In this document: piece after piece, positions 38,879 through 51,860 of the stretch
Numbering within the stretch: the first letter of the stretch is position 1
How the letters are laid out: the number at the start of each line of letters is the position of its first letter
Assembly (NCBI GenBank): GCA_012026655.1
Contig: JAAILG010001073.1
Coordinates: 1-64,000, forward strand
Direction: 5' to 3'
DNA length: 64,000 bases
Origin: Hydrolagus affinis
Lineage: Eukaryota
Program-made: the position numbers and the translations under genes
Notes under the pieces: model-generated
The model's input: the letters and a program-made list of their open reading frames with translations, nothing else
The model's database searches: none
Told to the model about the DNA's origin: nothing

Positions 38879-40048
38879 ATTCATAGAGAAGCTGATACAA
38901 ACATAAAGACAATATTGCACAAAATGAAATTATTCAGTCAACTAAAATCAATACCTCCATTGACCATGAATAGCCCACACTATCATGGACTCTAACCTGC
39001 CCATTCAATCTTTTGAAAGAAAACTCTATAGTATTGCTCCTTGCTCCTAAATAGTTGAGGAAAATTTACAATGTCTCATTGTAACAAAACTTCTGTTCGT
39101 CAAACCAGGTCAGTTCCTCTCTGGAAATGGTGTGTCAATTCCCTGGCAACACAATATATTCCATGAAATAATCAACTGAAAGATCCTGTGTCAGAGTTTC
39201 GAATGATCTTACCAGGATTGCTAATGAAATCTTCATTTTGGCAGAGTCTCTGACAAGATTGTCAGATATCATGCAGGTACAAGTTGTGTAACATGAGGAA
39301 ACAAAATTTACCAACTTCCCGACTGTACCAAGCAGAGGCCTGAATCGATCTGGGTCAATAATTACCACTACTAATAAACCGCCCGATCATCTGTCATTTC
39401 TTTACTTTCTATGATAATTCTTGATGTGAATCGGTAAAATTAGAAAATTAGTTTATGATTAATTTTTTCTCTGTTTTAAGTCTCCAATTCTTCACTCACT
39501 CTGGCACACTTCTCCTTTATTTGGAAGCATGAGGGAGTCTGCTTGATAGATTTCCCACAATCACAGTCAATGCTGTCCATGATTTATCAATCCAAAATGG
39601 GGTGTTACTTGGTAGGACTTTAATGCAATGAGAGTAGAGATCACTGCTTCTCTGGTAGTCACACAATGAAAAGAATTGGTGGGAGACAGGATGAGGCAAG
39701 AGGCAAGTTTAAGGATTATTGGCTACTAGACATGAATGGTAGAGAGGTGGTGTTTTGGTGATGGGAGGATGTTTTTGTGTCACTCTTGGGATGCAAGAAC
39801 TATTGAGATATTGGAGAGTAGTGTGGAGTAAGCATCAACAATTGTTTTATACTTGTGCTATCTACCTATACACAAAAATTTTTATACCTGTCGCTACGCA
39901 TTTCTAAATTCCATTTCAAATTATATCACAAGAGGTTTGGATAAAACCACCCATCAAACAATTAATCTCATCCTGATCATTTCTCATTACAGCATAAATC
40001 TTAAAAGATTCTTAAATCAGTTCATTATTCTCCCCCACAACCATCCTG

Positions 40049-40363
40049 TAATAATAATAATAATCCTTGCATTTGATATAGTTCTTTTCATGTCTTCTAG
40101 ATGTCTCAAAGCACTTCACAGAATATACTGTAAAGTGAATTGACTGTATATTTGTGGGCGAAACACAGCAGCCATTTTGCACACAAAGGTGTCCCACAAA
40201 CAGTCATGAATTGAGTGACCAAATTTTTTTTTTTTTTTTGGAGGGATTATTATCAGGTGTGCAGAGTAAGGAAAGTTGCCCAAGGTGACGCCCTGCCAGA
40301 AATTTAACCCAGATCACTCACTTTTAAGACGAGTGGTCTAACCACTGAGCTACAGGACTCCAC
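40049..40363 (-). mobile_element. Full-length SINE family A (left arm of head-to-head pair)
   Basis: (TAA)n tail through ACCACTGAGCTACAGGACTCCAC. Confidence 0.93.
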
Positions 40364-40365
40364 TC

Positions 40366-40676
40366 AGTCCACTGTAGCTCAGTGGTTAGAGCACTCGCCT
40401 CGCAAGTTGGAGATGGTTCTATTCCTGGTAGAGCAAAACCTTCAGCAAGTTTCCTTCCTTAACTTGCCAGATAATAATCCCTCAAAAAAAAGATTAAAAA
40501 TTACTCACTTCAATCCACGACTGTGTTTGTGGGACACTTTGTGAGATACAATTAGCTGCCACGTTTCACTCTCAAATATACAGTCAATTCACTTTACAGT
40601 ATATGCTGTGAAGCGTTATGAGTTGTCTGGAAGACATGAATAGCACTGTATCAAATGCAAGGATTATTATTATTAT
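40366..40676 (+). mobile_element. Full-length SINE family A (right arm of head-to-head pair)
   Basis: AGTCCACTGTAGCTCAGTGGTTAGAGCAC through CAAATGCAAGG(ATT)n. Confidence 0.93.
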
Positions 40677-40684
40677 CCTTCCTA

Positions 40685-41005
40685 GTATTCCATTCCAGTT
40701 GCTGATTAACTTCTGCGAATAGAAATGCTTCCTGGTATTTGTCTCAAATTTGTCTTACACAGATCTGAGCCTGCGCCCATTGTTCCGATGTCTTGAGGAT
40801 ATCTAACAGTATTGTTCCTGGTTTCCCTTTTCTATCCCATTAAGTATCTATTACTGTATTAGTGTAGCTTATCCGAACATGTAAACGGTCCACTCTGAGA
40901 TTTTTTTTTGAGGCTGTAGAGCCCTAGCTCTTATCTGGTCGTTTCTCATAGCTCATCCCTCCAGCACCAGGGATCAGCCTAGTTGCTCTCCTCTCTACAC
41001 TGCAC
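40685..41005 (-). mobile_element. Degenerate CR1 RT C-terminal fragment
   Basis: The minus strand gives RRATRLIPGAGGMSYEKR..LGLYSL..FETNTRKHFYSQKLISNWN, the canonical CR1 QRRAT..LSYEERL..LGL.SL pattern. Confidence 0.75.
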
Positions 41006-41526
41006 CATAGCTCATCCGGATATGTGAAATGTATGTTTATGTGAACGCCATATAATCTTATATGTACCAGAATCCACAAGCTTTTAAAACCCAAGCTGGG
41101 TATTAGTAAACCTCAACTTCGTGATTTATCTCATCTTCTCTCCTACTCTTTTCATCTTTAGTGATGTCCTGCACTATAGACCCTGACTCAACACTAGTCT
41201 TCTCAATGATACAAAATGATTTTGGAGGTACATGCTTGAGTTTCAAAGGAAAGTGTGCACTCAATCAAACTGAACATACTTTAAGGTACAAATCTGACAA
41301 ATGGAGTTGAGGTTGATTTGATTTTTATAAAAGAGCTGCCACATCAAGCCACATCATGCAGCTATGTTGGACCATTCTGGCTACGAAACAATTTCCATGA
41401 CCCTGTACATGTTTCCAAAGAATTTTAGGTGGTTACCCTGCTACCCTTCTCATTTCTGCAATATGGTTTTGAATCTTGTCCCCAGAGAGAATAAACGTTT
41501 CCACTCTCTGATAGTGTCAGAATTCT

Positions 41527-41838
41527 GTGGAGTCTTATAGCTCAGTGGTTAGAGCACTCGCCTTACAAGCGAGACCTGGGTTCAATTCCAGGCAGGGCGA
41601 AACCTTGGGCAAGTTTCCTTACTCCAAATGCCTGATAATAATGCCGCAAGAGAAAAACAATAATAATTTGGTCATTTCAATCCACGACTGTTTGTGGTAC
41701 ATTGCTGTGCACAATTGGCTGTCGCGTTTCGCCCACAAATATACAGTCAATTCACTTTACAGTATATTCTGTGAAGCGCTTTGAGACATCCGGAAGATGT
41801 GAAAAGTGCTATGTCACATGCAAGGATTATTATTATTA
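41527..41838 (+). mobile_element. Full-length SINE family A (best-preserved Pol III boxes)
   Basis: TAGCTCAGTGG (A box), GGTTCAATTCC (B box), CTCGCCTTACAAGCGAG stem-loop, Deu core and (ATT)n. Confidence 0.95.
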
Positions 41839-43230
41839 AGTAACTCTTGGTCAAACTCAGCCCAGTTGGCAGTATGACCCGGACCAATTGCTCACTTCTA
41901 TCCTGAATTTTAAACAAAATAGTTCTGAATTCTCTTTTTTAGTGGAACCACAAAGATACAACATGAGAACTGGAGATACTACACCTGTACTGTATTCTGA
42001 GGAAGAACAAATCTTATCCTGAGAGAGTGTTTGTTACTAATAACAAAATAGAAAAGTATTTCCTTTTCTGGCCTTTACATCTCTCCTCATGCTAAGGACA
42101 AACATTTATAACATTCAAATAAAGTAATAACCTGCCATTGATTTATTTTACATAGTAACAATAGATTTTAAGCACTACTGTTGAAAATCAATATCAGATT
42201 ATACCCATGCAAGCAACATTTCTATGTTACTAGTCTATATATTTCATGTCAAATTAACTTATGCACATAAGATGACAACCACTGGGTATGTTCAAACTCT
42301 GAAAAATCTTTCATAATGATTTTTTTCTAATTAAAAAAACACAATCAATTTCTCTTTCTTTGTTTATTTCTCAATCTGAATTATAACCTTCATTTTACTT
42401 AACAAACCCAAATCCCTAGCTGCTCTGGGCTACAAGAGACAGCAAGTACCCATTACACAGACTCTTCAATTATATTTTGGATAAAGAAGAAAAAATGAAG
42501 CCCGCAGGAGACAGAATCATATTAAGTTCAAAAAATACAAACAAAAGAGACAGACGAAAGATAATTCAGTAGGAATATCATTTTCCAATGTACTGGTAAT
42601 ACTGTATTTCTAGAGATAAATATTGCAGGTTTATTTAAGAGATCCGGGACGCTGCCCTGTGTGATGGGAGCTATATAAATGAAAGTTGTTATTGTTGGTT
42701 ATTCTTATATTTTAAGAACATTTCCGATTATAACTTTTTGAATAGTCTTTTCTTTTTTTATAAAATAACTTTTTTTTAATATAGCAAATTTAAATTACAG
42801 TATTCTCCACTGATATAAGGCTTTGTTTTGCTCACTGATTGTATTTCATTTTTATTTGTGCTGGACTGTATTACTCTATTCAATAAGTTTACCGATTTTG
42901 AGGCTGGAGTGCTTGTAAATGACCGCAGTGAAATTTTAATTCTGAATGATGGCAAATTCTAAAAGCAGAATTGAATTCTAAAATAATATTTAATTGCACT
43001 TATCTGTCAGTGTGCAGTGAAAAAAATAGTAACTTTAGGGCACGGGACCGGAGTAAGCCTCAGTGTTTTTTTTGTGACTTTGGAATTGAACCCCGTTGCC
43101 TTTATTAGGTTAAACTTGTCCCATGCTCGCCCCTGCCATTGCCACAGAAAACTCTGCCGCTGATTTTGGAAGGTTTTCTTGATGAGATTTGGCCCACTAT
43201 CACAATCTTATCAATAAAGACAGAAGCAAC

Positions 43231-43460
43231 TCCCTGATGGCTCAGTGAGTTTATCCAGTGAGTAGGTCTGTACAGAGCGATCTCAGGGCAGGGTAGCATT
43301 AGGGAGTGGGACTACAGTGCCCTGGGTCACAGAGGAGAAAATCAGCCAGGGTTGCTGCTCCTGATTTATATCTAGTGGTGCTGCTACTGAAAGTGCAGTT
43401 GTTTGGACTACAATTAAAGACAGGATCAGGCTTCGCTGTATTGCTAGCTGTTAGAGTGCT
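43231..43460 (+). mobile_element. Ancient tRNA-SINE family B (AmnSINE2-like)
   Basis: CTGATGGCTCAGTGAG..GATCTCAG..CCCTGGG..AAAATCAGCCAGGGTTGCTGCTCCTGAT..AAAGTGC..GACAGGATCAGGCTTCGCTGT. Confidence 0.65.
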
Positions 43461-44327
43461 CGATCTGGTTCTACATTTACAGCCTCCAATTCTTTTTAGA
43501 TGCAAAGATCTTGACGCTCCTGTCAATCAGCCACTTTTTGCCTTGACATTGGCTGAAAAATCAATGAATTTGCTGTTTAGCAAATTAAAAACAAATTTTC
43601 CTTTTTTTTTAGAAAAAAAAGTACTTCTACCTTTCCAAACTGACAGATGGGAACTGGAAGATAGAAGAAGGAAGGAAGGAAAGAAACGGTTAGAAATAAG
43701 TAGGATCTGAATTAGGTAAAAATGTAAAAGTGTGCAGATAATAGTTTGAAAGAAAATTGTACAGGTTTGTTCGTGTAATAATGTTATCCTGTTGTGTGAA
43801 TAGCTTTATTACTTTATTAATGGGTAGCATGTAGTATAGTACATACCTGCAAGCAGTCTAATGGTTAATAGCCAGAACATTAACTGCTATAACGAGGAGT
43901 TTGTTCCACATGCTCACTCTTTGTAGAAACAATTCCCACTTATAGTCTCACCAGAAACATGGAAATTTAGCATGGGATAATTTCTGCAGAATTCTGTTTC
44001 TCTTAAAATCGTGTTGATAAGGAAATATGGACATATCAAATATGGAATGAGAAAAGTCCTCATCTGACTGAACCTGATTTGCCAGACTTACATTTTAAAT
44101 AGTTGCAATTTCCTGGCCAGTGAATATCACGCAATCAAATACTTTGAAAAATAAAATAGAAACCTGCTCTTTTAAAATCTTATTTTGGCGCAGTGTCAGT
44201 AAGGATTGCAACATAAAAACATCAGAAAGGACCACTGGAGTTATTCTCCACTTGTCAGTAAATGTGTCAGCCCTTGGCAATATATACTCATAGTCTATTG
44301 TAAACGTGTACTGTTTAAATTGGGTAT

Positions 44328-44435
44328 ATAATAATCCTTGCATTTGATATAGCGCCTTATCACATCGTTTAGATATCTCAAAGCATTTCACAAAATGTAT
44401 TGTAAAGTAAATTGATTGTATATTATGTGAGCAAA
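44328..44435 (-). mobile_element. SINE family A, 3' fragment
   Basis: ATAATAATCCTTGCATTTGATATAGCGCCTTATCACATC.. Confidence 0.87.
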
Positions 44436-44879
44436 ACATAATTATACAAGGAGATAATACCTTCACCATGTACTGACTGTTCTATCATTTGCTCTTGCCA
44501 AAAAGGTAATTTAGTAAGTATTCAAGAACATCAGTTTTAACAGCAAATCCTACAAGAATATAAGAAAACTCACAATAAGCAAGGTCATGTCCTACACAAA
44601 TATAAGAAACCACACAATGTGAATAAGGTTATTCGGTCCATTGAGCCCATTTGCTCCACAGGATATGCAAAATCTACTTTATTACGGGCACTGCTACTGT
44701 CCAGGGAAAAACTCTCCATAAAGGCTTCTGAGTCCCAAAGTCAGTTAAGCAAAACTCCACAATAGCAGACAGGGAAACCATGACACCTTTCTACAATCTC
44801 AATAGCTCAATAACGACTGCCTCCCAAAAAGTATTTATACATCAAAACAGGACTGAGTGTAATATGGATAAAGATAGAC

Positions 44880-45099
44880 AAAACGCAAAATACTGCAGAT
44901 CCTGGAAGTCTGAAACAGAAATCGCTGGGAACACTCAGCAGGTCAGGCAGCATCTATGGAGAAAGGAAAGTGAGACAACGTTTCGAGTCCACAACCCTTT
45001 GTCAGGATGTCCTTGATCCATTGTTAGTTCTGATGAAGAGTAGTGGACCCAAAGCATTGACTCACTTTCCTTTCTTCATAGATGCTGCCTGATCTGCTG
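44880..45099. mobile_element. Penelope-like pLTR remnants in inverted orientation with degenerate hammerhead motifs
   Basis: 70-bp inverted arms at 44936-45005 and 45030-45099 (59/70 identical by my alignment) with a 24-nt spacer. CTGATGA at 45030; the left arm reads CTGACAA..CGAAACGTT on the minus strand. Typical chondrichthyan AGATGCTGCCTGACCTGCTG motif. Confidence 0.75.
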
Positions 45100-46204
45100 G
45101 TTATGGATAAACACAGGTCAGTGTTCCTCAATAATGTTTTTCAACAGCAAATGGAACTTTTAAAAGTTAAATCTTGTGCGAAAACATATACAATTCAATC
45201 ATAATTAATTATAACACTGTACTTGCATTTGGTGTAACGCCTTTCACCTTCACCTTGGGAGGATGTTTCAAAGTGAACACGACAGCCATTTATGCAACAA
45301 CAATATCCACAATAAAATTGCATTTGTATAGCGCCTTTCATGTCGGGAAGAAGTCCCAAGGCGCTGGACAACACAACAATGCACAACAATGATTACCACA
45401 ACACTCATCAAACAAGAATATCAAAACCTGTAGACCTGCAAACTATAACATTGGGTTTAAATACAACAAACCATCAAGCAAACGCCATCATACTCCTCAA
45501 AACAATTACCTCCAAGACTCCTGTAAACATTTTATGATCCTGTCCTCAGATTAGAGATAATATCATTACAGTATATTTGCAATAGTAAATCTGCCAGTAT
45601 GATTGTACCAATAAACTTTCTCGCAAAGTAGACAATTTATTGCATAGACCTTACAGTTCAAGGCCTTCTTGGCCTTACTCACCAAAAGCAAGCCTCCCAC
45701 ATCAGCAGATTGCTGTGACTTTCACAGTTAGCTTTGAGAAGTGCATTGCTATGAGGTGTAACTGTGCAACAACAGTGTAACTCTCTACACAAGAAATGTG
45801 TGAGTAAAACACCTTTAATGGGAGGTGAAATGGGTCAGTATGACTCTGTGTTATACATTGGCTGTAAGGGTTCTAATTGAATTGAATTTGGCAGTCTCTC
45901 ATTGGGATCTGGCGGGTTTGGTCGCAATAGCATGAACCACAGTGAGAGGTTTTCTTCTGAAGCTGAGCCTATTGTGAGTTGCTGGAGCAAAGAACAAGGA
46001 GCTTTACTCTGCAGTTAAAGATGATATAGTTGTACTGGCAGTGCCTGATAGACACACTGAAAGGCCAAATTGGGAATGTATTCAGTTTCCCAGCAATAAC
46101 ATCCCTTGACTTGCAAAGCAAAACATTCAATGAAACAATATGAAAAATGTATTTTATAAAAACAACTATTTTAGGGCATTTTCCTGTCCAATACTGGTGA
46201 GCAG

Positions 46205-46440
46205 TCTGGAGACTCTTCCCGAAGCGATTAACAAAAGGGAAAGAATTCACAACAAATTGGAATTTTCTACCACAGTCAGTTGTTGGGAGCAGCAACAATA
46301 CACACATTCAAAAAAAGACGGGACACATGGTTGAAAGGCAATAAACCTGAGGAATATGGGGAAAAAGATGGAACATGGGACTAGGGATAGGATAGTGGCA
46401 ACATAAAATGGAGTATAAATACCAGCAGGACTGGATGTGC
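46205..46440 (+). mobile_element. Degenerate CR1 3' end
   Basis: TTCAAAAAAGACGGGACACATGGTTGAAAGG..GAGGAATATGGGGAAAAAGATGGAACATGGGACTAG. Confidence 0.5.
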
Positions 46441-47299
46441 TCAATATCTGAGTTGTACCAACTGCTCTCAAAGACCTTCAATATCCCAAATCTACAAGAT
46501 CCTCATTCCATTAGACAAAACCCTCCTTCCTCCCTCAACCAGCCCGGCCAAGTACCAGGGAAAGTCACCAATTATTGCAACCCACAAAGAGCGCCCTGTC
46601 CCCAGATTTAACTCCAACTGTTCCAGCAATCCAATGGAACCTCCTGCAAGTGCTTTGGGATAAAACTACACATTGTTTTCACAAAATATCCGTCTGTATT
46701 TTTACAGATGAAAATGTTAAAAGAAGAATGTGTTATGTTGCAATCTGTTCATTCCTCTACAATCTAATGTTGGGTCATCTCACAAAAATATCATTTTAAT
46801 CAAATAGGGGGGAAAAAAGTACCTTTCCATCATAACTCTTTGGTTTATGTATATATTTTGGTTTGAAATAAATGGCCCGTCACTTTTTTCGTAACCTCAG
46901 GGATGTGGCATTTGTGCACTCTGTGAAGTCACATCCTTCCGAGCACCCCTCTGGAATTCTAGTTACTGATCCAAAGTTGTGGAAGAAATCCATTTAAAGG
47001 AGCTAAAGAGATGCTGAATAGAAACCTGAAAGGAAGGAATATGCCAAGGCACTGTGAGTCATGACAATTTGGCCTTCGAGGTTGGCCCCAACCATTGCAT
47101 TTTCTATCTCCTACTCTCCTAAAGCGTGACGTTCAGTACCAGAGCTTTTGAATCAGATAGTAACGTACAGTTTGAGTTTTCATTTGTGTCAGTTCTTGGT
47201 CCAGTTTTTAGGAGAAATGTGGCCTGAAAATGAAAAACCTAACTCCCTTCAAGGGAGGGTAAAAGCTGCATTGCTCACACGGAACGATATTGAAACTGG

Positions 47300-47640
47300 C
47301 CCAAACTAATTTCACTTCAGAGCGCAAAGCCAACAGAGAGTGAAGCCTTAATCAGAGCTGTCAAGACTCATTCATTTTCAGTGAGAGTCTCTGATATTTT
47401 GTGAAAAAGTAGCTTGCTTCCAGGTGTCTGCTGCAAGGAAAAACCTCCGTCCCATTCCTTTCCTCCGTTCACAATCTGTCTTACTGTATTTTTATTTACC
47501 TTAGGTACAATCTGAGCATTATCATTGGCCTGACCTTGGCAAGTGCTGACTTTAATTCCCCTCACCCTGAAGCCGAGCTCTTTCAGTTGAAGGACTGTAC
47601 TCTTAACACATCATGCTGCCTGGCAGGAATGAGCGCCACT
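47300..47640. promoter_or_regulatory. CNE-like putative enhancer
   Basis: Repeat-free block with TTAATC-AGAG-CTGTCA, the nuclear-receptor half-site TGACCTTG and CAGGTG. Confidence 0.35.
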
Positions 47641-48169
47641 TACAACATAGGAATCAAAATGTTTCTGAATTAGACCAGAATCCTTTAAATTGGGTTGGAA
47701 CCTGCAATTGCCCGGATTCAAACAGTTGTCGTCCTGGCTTCAGAGAAACAATTACTGCACAACTAATGCCCACATGTCATTTTCATAACAAACAAAATCA
47801 CATCAGTTTTCAATCAGGATTAGACCGAACAAGGCTTTAGACGCAACAAAAAAAAATGATTGAGGGAAAGCAGAAAATGTTCCTTCAGAATGTTGTATTG
47901 ATTAAAATATATTAAAATATAAAGCCAAATGTTCTTTTGCACAACACAACAGTTCTGTTGCACAGCTTAGTTCATTAACTCTGTCGTTGCCAATTGCCTT
48001 AGCCATGTGCGTTAGGCTGGCAATTTTGCCTTTTCTTTTTGACTATCTCCTCCTATTACTCTTCTGCAGGCAAACTGGCATTTGCTGTGATATGATTTCA
48101 CTGACAATGTTTGTTCCCCCACCTCCGCCGACAGTCCCAACCCCCTCTCTACCCACTCCCAACCACCAT

Positions 48170-48430
48170 TGAGCTCACCCAAGTGGCCTTTCCTCATGTG
48201 TGAAGCTGGACAATGAATGTCAGCAGGCCACAAGACTCATAGGACATCACATCCTGGTGTAACCTTGATTTCCTTGTATTGTCCTTTCCCAGCAGGGGCA
48301 CTGGATGGTGATCAGAAGCTGGAATCCAAGCCGGTGTTTGTCTTCCTAGACTAGGAACACTGAGATTAATTGTAGCTTCCAACCGCTGCCCAGTTAGTTC
48401 AGTGTTGATCAGGCATCGAACCTGTGGTAA
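48170..48430 (-). mobile_element. Ancient tRNA-SINE family B
   Basis: CCCAAGTGGCC..TCATGTGTGA..CCAGCAGGGGCACTGGATGGTGATCAGAAGC..ATCGAACCTG (B box on the minus strand). Confidence 0.65.
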
Positions 48431-49129
48431 TGCTATATGGGCAATCCCTTTGAACACATCGTAAGTTTACTACATACTGTGCATTAAGGGGATTTAACGC
48501 AGTCTAAGAATATAAATAGCACTGAACCTTCAGTCTTTAAGGTGTCCCCAACATACAGTACATAGATTTATTCTTTACACTAAATCTAAGCGCTTTGGGA
48601 CACTAACCTGAATGAAGGGTGTTGTACTAATGTAAGTTGTTATTGTTGTTGTAAGAAGTGTCATGGGATTCTTCTGATGTGGAAAGGCACTTTTATCAAA
48701 TCGAAGCAAGATTATTATTTCATTTTATATAACGGTTGAGGCATAAACATTTTAGTTATTGGTTCTTCTCCTTTTGGCATGCGATTTTCTTCTGTTTTGG
48801 CAACAATTTATTTCCAGGGTTATTGCAGGGTGTTGGTGCTGGGAGTGATGTCAGTGATTTGGCACCAAGGCATCCCACCATTGCTCATACAGCTGAAGAT
48901 TTAGAAAACAGAATCTATCTTTTAGTCTCGAGCCATCTTGAGATTCAAATTAGTCCATGTTCTTGGAACTCGTTCTTTGGCATCTCAGTCCTTGAATCGG
49001 GCCCAGCTTTGGGATGATTTGGTCAGGTTACCAGTTTGCTCTGGGGTCCGTGCCAATCTGTCAAAAAGTAGGCATCTGATGAGTTGCTTATTAATGGGGT
49101 CGGGAATGTGTGTGTGATCCCTGACATAA

Positions 49130-49403
49130 CAGTCGCTGTTTACATCGAGGCATTGGTAATCTCATGAAAGCTATTTCCAGCTGTGCTGAATTTGAGACCA
49201 GGCACGTCCCGATTCCCAATTTATCTGCCTCTCATTGCCAGCTGCCAAAAACAGAAGCCTTTTTTTAATCATAGAATGTTTCAGCACAGAATGAAGCCAT
49301 TGTTTCTGTTTTGTTGTTCCGCCATTGTCATCTAATCCCTTCCCCTCTGCTCTTGATTCATAACTTTTAACATCATCCTCTGTTGCAATATTTACCGCCA
49401 CAG
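49130..49403. promoter_or_regulatory. CNE-like putative enhancer
   Basis: TGTTTAC (Fox), two CATTGT (Sox), two CAGCTG and TAATC motifs in repeat-free sequence. Confidence 0.4.
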
Positions 49404-49440
49404 GTGTGTGTGTGTGTTGTGTGTGTGTGTGTGTGTGTGT
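49404..49440. repeat. (TG)n microsatellite
   Basis: Direct read, one interruption. Confidence 0.95.
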
Positions 49441-49689
49441 TTGAATGGGGACGGGGGGGAAAGAACCTTGATTTTTTTTTAATGCCCAACAAATGATTTA
49501 TCCATGACAGTTGTAATGACCAAAATTTCGATCAAACAAAACATTTGGTGCTGAAAGAGTTAATAAAACTAAGCTTTGCAACAAAACTGTTGTGTTGTAC
49601 AAAAGGAAATTTGGCTTTATGTTTTAATCAATACAATGTTCTGAAGCAAAATTTCCTGCCTCCTCTCTCTCTCTCCCGTTTCTTTTTTT

Positions 49690-50290
49690 TCGCCTGTAAA
49701 GCCTAATTCAGCCTAATCCTGACTGAAAACTGATGTAGTTTGTGTGTTAAAAAAAATCTTTTTGCTTTTTTTTTGCCCCAGTTCATTATTTTTCTTTCTT
49801 GTCAGTTTGTGTGATAGGTTGGACAGAGCCTGGCAGATGAGTACTGAAGACACCGTCATGAGGCCTTAATCTAGTCTTTAATGCGTGACTTCAGAGCTGT
49901 CATTTATCTTCTGACTGCAGCAGGCCTCCACAAACTTTATCTCTAATAATATATTGATGGATTAAAAGGGTCAGGCAGGAGACCAGGCAAGAAAAATTGC
50001 TTATTGACATCAAAATACAGTGCCCTAACCTGATAAACATGGAGGGGGCTCGTGTATCATGAATATTTGCACTCCGTAATTTTGTTCGTCAGAGGCCCCA
50101 TGGTGGTCTCAGCCACAGATAATACATCCCACTCTCGCAAGCACCAGAGCGGAGCTGGAGAAAAGCCCATGGCTGCCAGGTCCCATTCCAATCTCTCTGA
50201 AGTGTTGCAGAACCATAGTAATCATATTTTGTAGAGAGTATGACAAGCTGTGGGCTACCATGTGCAACACAGCCAATTATACGCTGTATT
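49690..50290. promoter_or_regulatory. Strong CNE/ultraconserved-like element candidate
   Basis: About 600 bp repeat-free with no ORF signal. Pbx-Hox TGATGGAT at 49955-49962, Meis CTGTCA at 49897-49902, many TAAT sites, GATA sites and an octamer-like ATTTGCAC. Confidence 0.5.
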
Positions 50291-50914
50291 TTTTTGTCAT
50301 GTGATTAGCACTTCTTCCTAAATAGGAAGTGGCCCCTTAAAAAGAAAACAGCACCTTTTATTAAATTAATAGTCCCTGAAGCTTCAATTCAGAAATTGTG
50401 GTCCCGTCTCACTAATTCTCTAGTCATATGCTTTTTGTTGTTGTTCTTGCCTGCAGTATTTTGCTCTATGTAATTAAAACTGGGAAGTGTTTGCCGGTTG
50501 GGGGAGAAGAGGGGGAAGTCACAGATGAATACATGAAGATAATCAAACGTTCTCTTTAGGAAAATATCTGGTGTACAATCCAGTTCCAGTTCAATTAGAA
50601 GTTCCATTGTGCAGGTTATCTGAGATTTGTTTTCAGTTTGTTTAATCCCCAATTTCCTCCCATCTCTCCTGAAGGCATCATTCCCTACTACAGTATTCTT
50701 GCCGTATAAGTGTCATTGTGGTTATTCGAATCGAAGACAGTTCTTAAGAAATAATCATTTTTCGAATTACGATTGAATTTAAGAATTTTCCAGTATCCTG
50801 CACTACCTTGAATTCTAACAAAAAGTGCTTTCACAGGTCCAAACACGGAATTACAGGCCACTCGCATCTATATTTGCATCTTTTGGCAGGTTTGAATACA
50901 TTAGATGTAGAGCG

Positions 50915-51180
50915 AGCACAGATCAGAACGAGCTGTGATGCCACCAATAATAAAAATAATCGACCGATACTCATCATCAGGGCTCACACATGAAGAAAAG
51001 TTGTCTGAGCAAAGTGTCAAAGAGTGGCAAGTACCATGGGGAACCAATTTGGCTGTTTGTGAGATGTTTAAAATGGGTTGCCTTGTTCACCAACAAACGA
51101 TAGCCGCTCTACTTCACAGTCATTTGTCTGAAGCACTTTGAGACATCCTCCTGGCGTGAAAGGAATGTAAATGCACATTT
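50915..51180 (+). mobile_element. SINE family B 3' part joined to an old DeuSINE 3' tail
   Basis: GCTGTGATGCC..GGCTCACACATGAAGAA, then GCTGTTTGTGAGAT..AAGCACTTTGAGACATCC..GTGAAAGG. Confidence 0.55.
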
Positions 51181-51439
51181 GCATTCCTAATGTACGGATT
51201 TATTCAACTTATGTATTTAGATAGTGCCATGAATCAGCATGGTTGGGAGAGAAAAAAAGAAACAAAAGCAATTGTTTAAAACAATGATTATTATTTGGAA
51301 TCAACAAGAAGCGCATTAACAGCACGTTCTGCCATGTTCTGAAAAGATTGGACTGAAAGCAGCAGTTTAAGTCAGCAAATCAGGAAAGGACACTGTCCCT
51401 TTAAAAACATGACACCACTGCCTCTTTAAAAAGTGCAAC

Positions 51440-51860
51440 TAATATTCCACCTAATATGGTATTTCACACCAAGACCATAAATCCTGTCAGTGAGTAATAA
51501 ACCAGGCAATTTTTCTGATAAATAATTTCTGTCTCACTTTGTTCATCTGCCTGAACACATTTACTAGGGCCACCAAGGTGAGAAACAGCAATCCACCTCC
51601 TACTGCTTCGTACAAATGTTTGCCCCCCAGACAGATATTTCCATATTTACTCTCCCCCCAACTCCCCCCCACCCCCCCACCCCCACTCCCACCACCATCA
51701 TCACCACCAGCAGCGGCTGCCAAGCTCACAGCTACGAAGCGAAACAGGCTCCTTTGCTGCTTGACTATACCCCTGAGTCTATTCACTCCCGTAGCATAAT
51801 TCTGGTCAGCCTCATTATTTAGTATGTCATTGCTATTTTACATTTTTAAAGCCTTGCTGC
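51440..51860. promoter_or_regulatory. CNE-like block split by a C-rich tract
   Basis: CCATAAATC-CTGTCA and GTAATAAA (Hox/Meis-type) motifs; C-rich run at 51653-51700. Confidence 0.35.

Noticed and set aside
41527-41600. tRNA-like cloverleaf heads (anticodon loop TGC/TAC) here and at 34484, 40366 and 63153
   Set aside because: These are SINE heads continuing into the Deu domain and tail. The acceptor stem is incomplete, so they are not tRNA genes.
49075-49110. Other CTGATGA heptamers (also near 62723)
   Set aside because: No stem II followed by GAAA, so not hammerheads.
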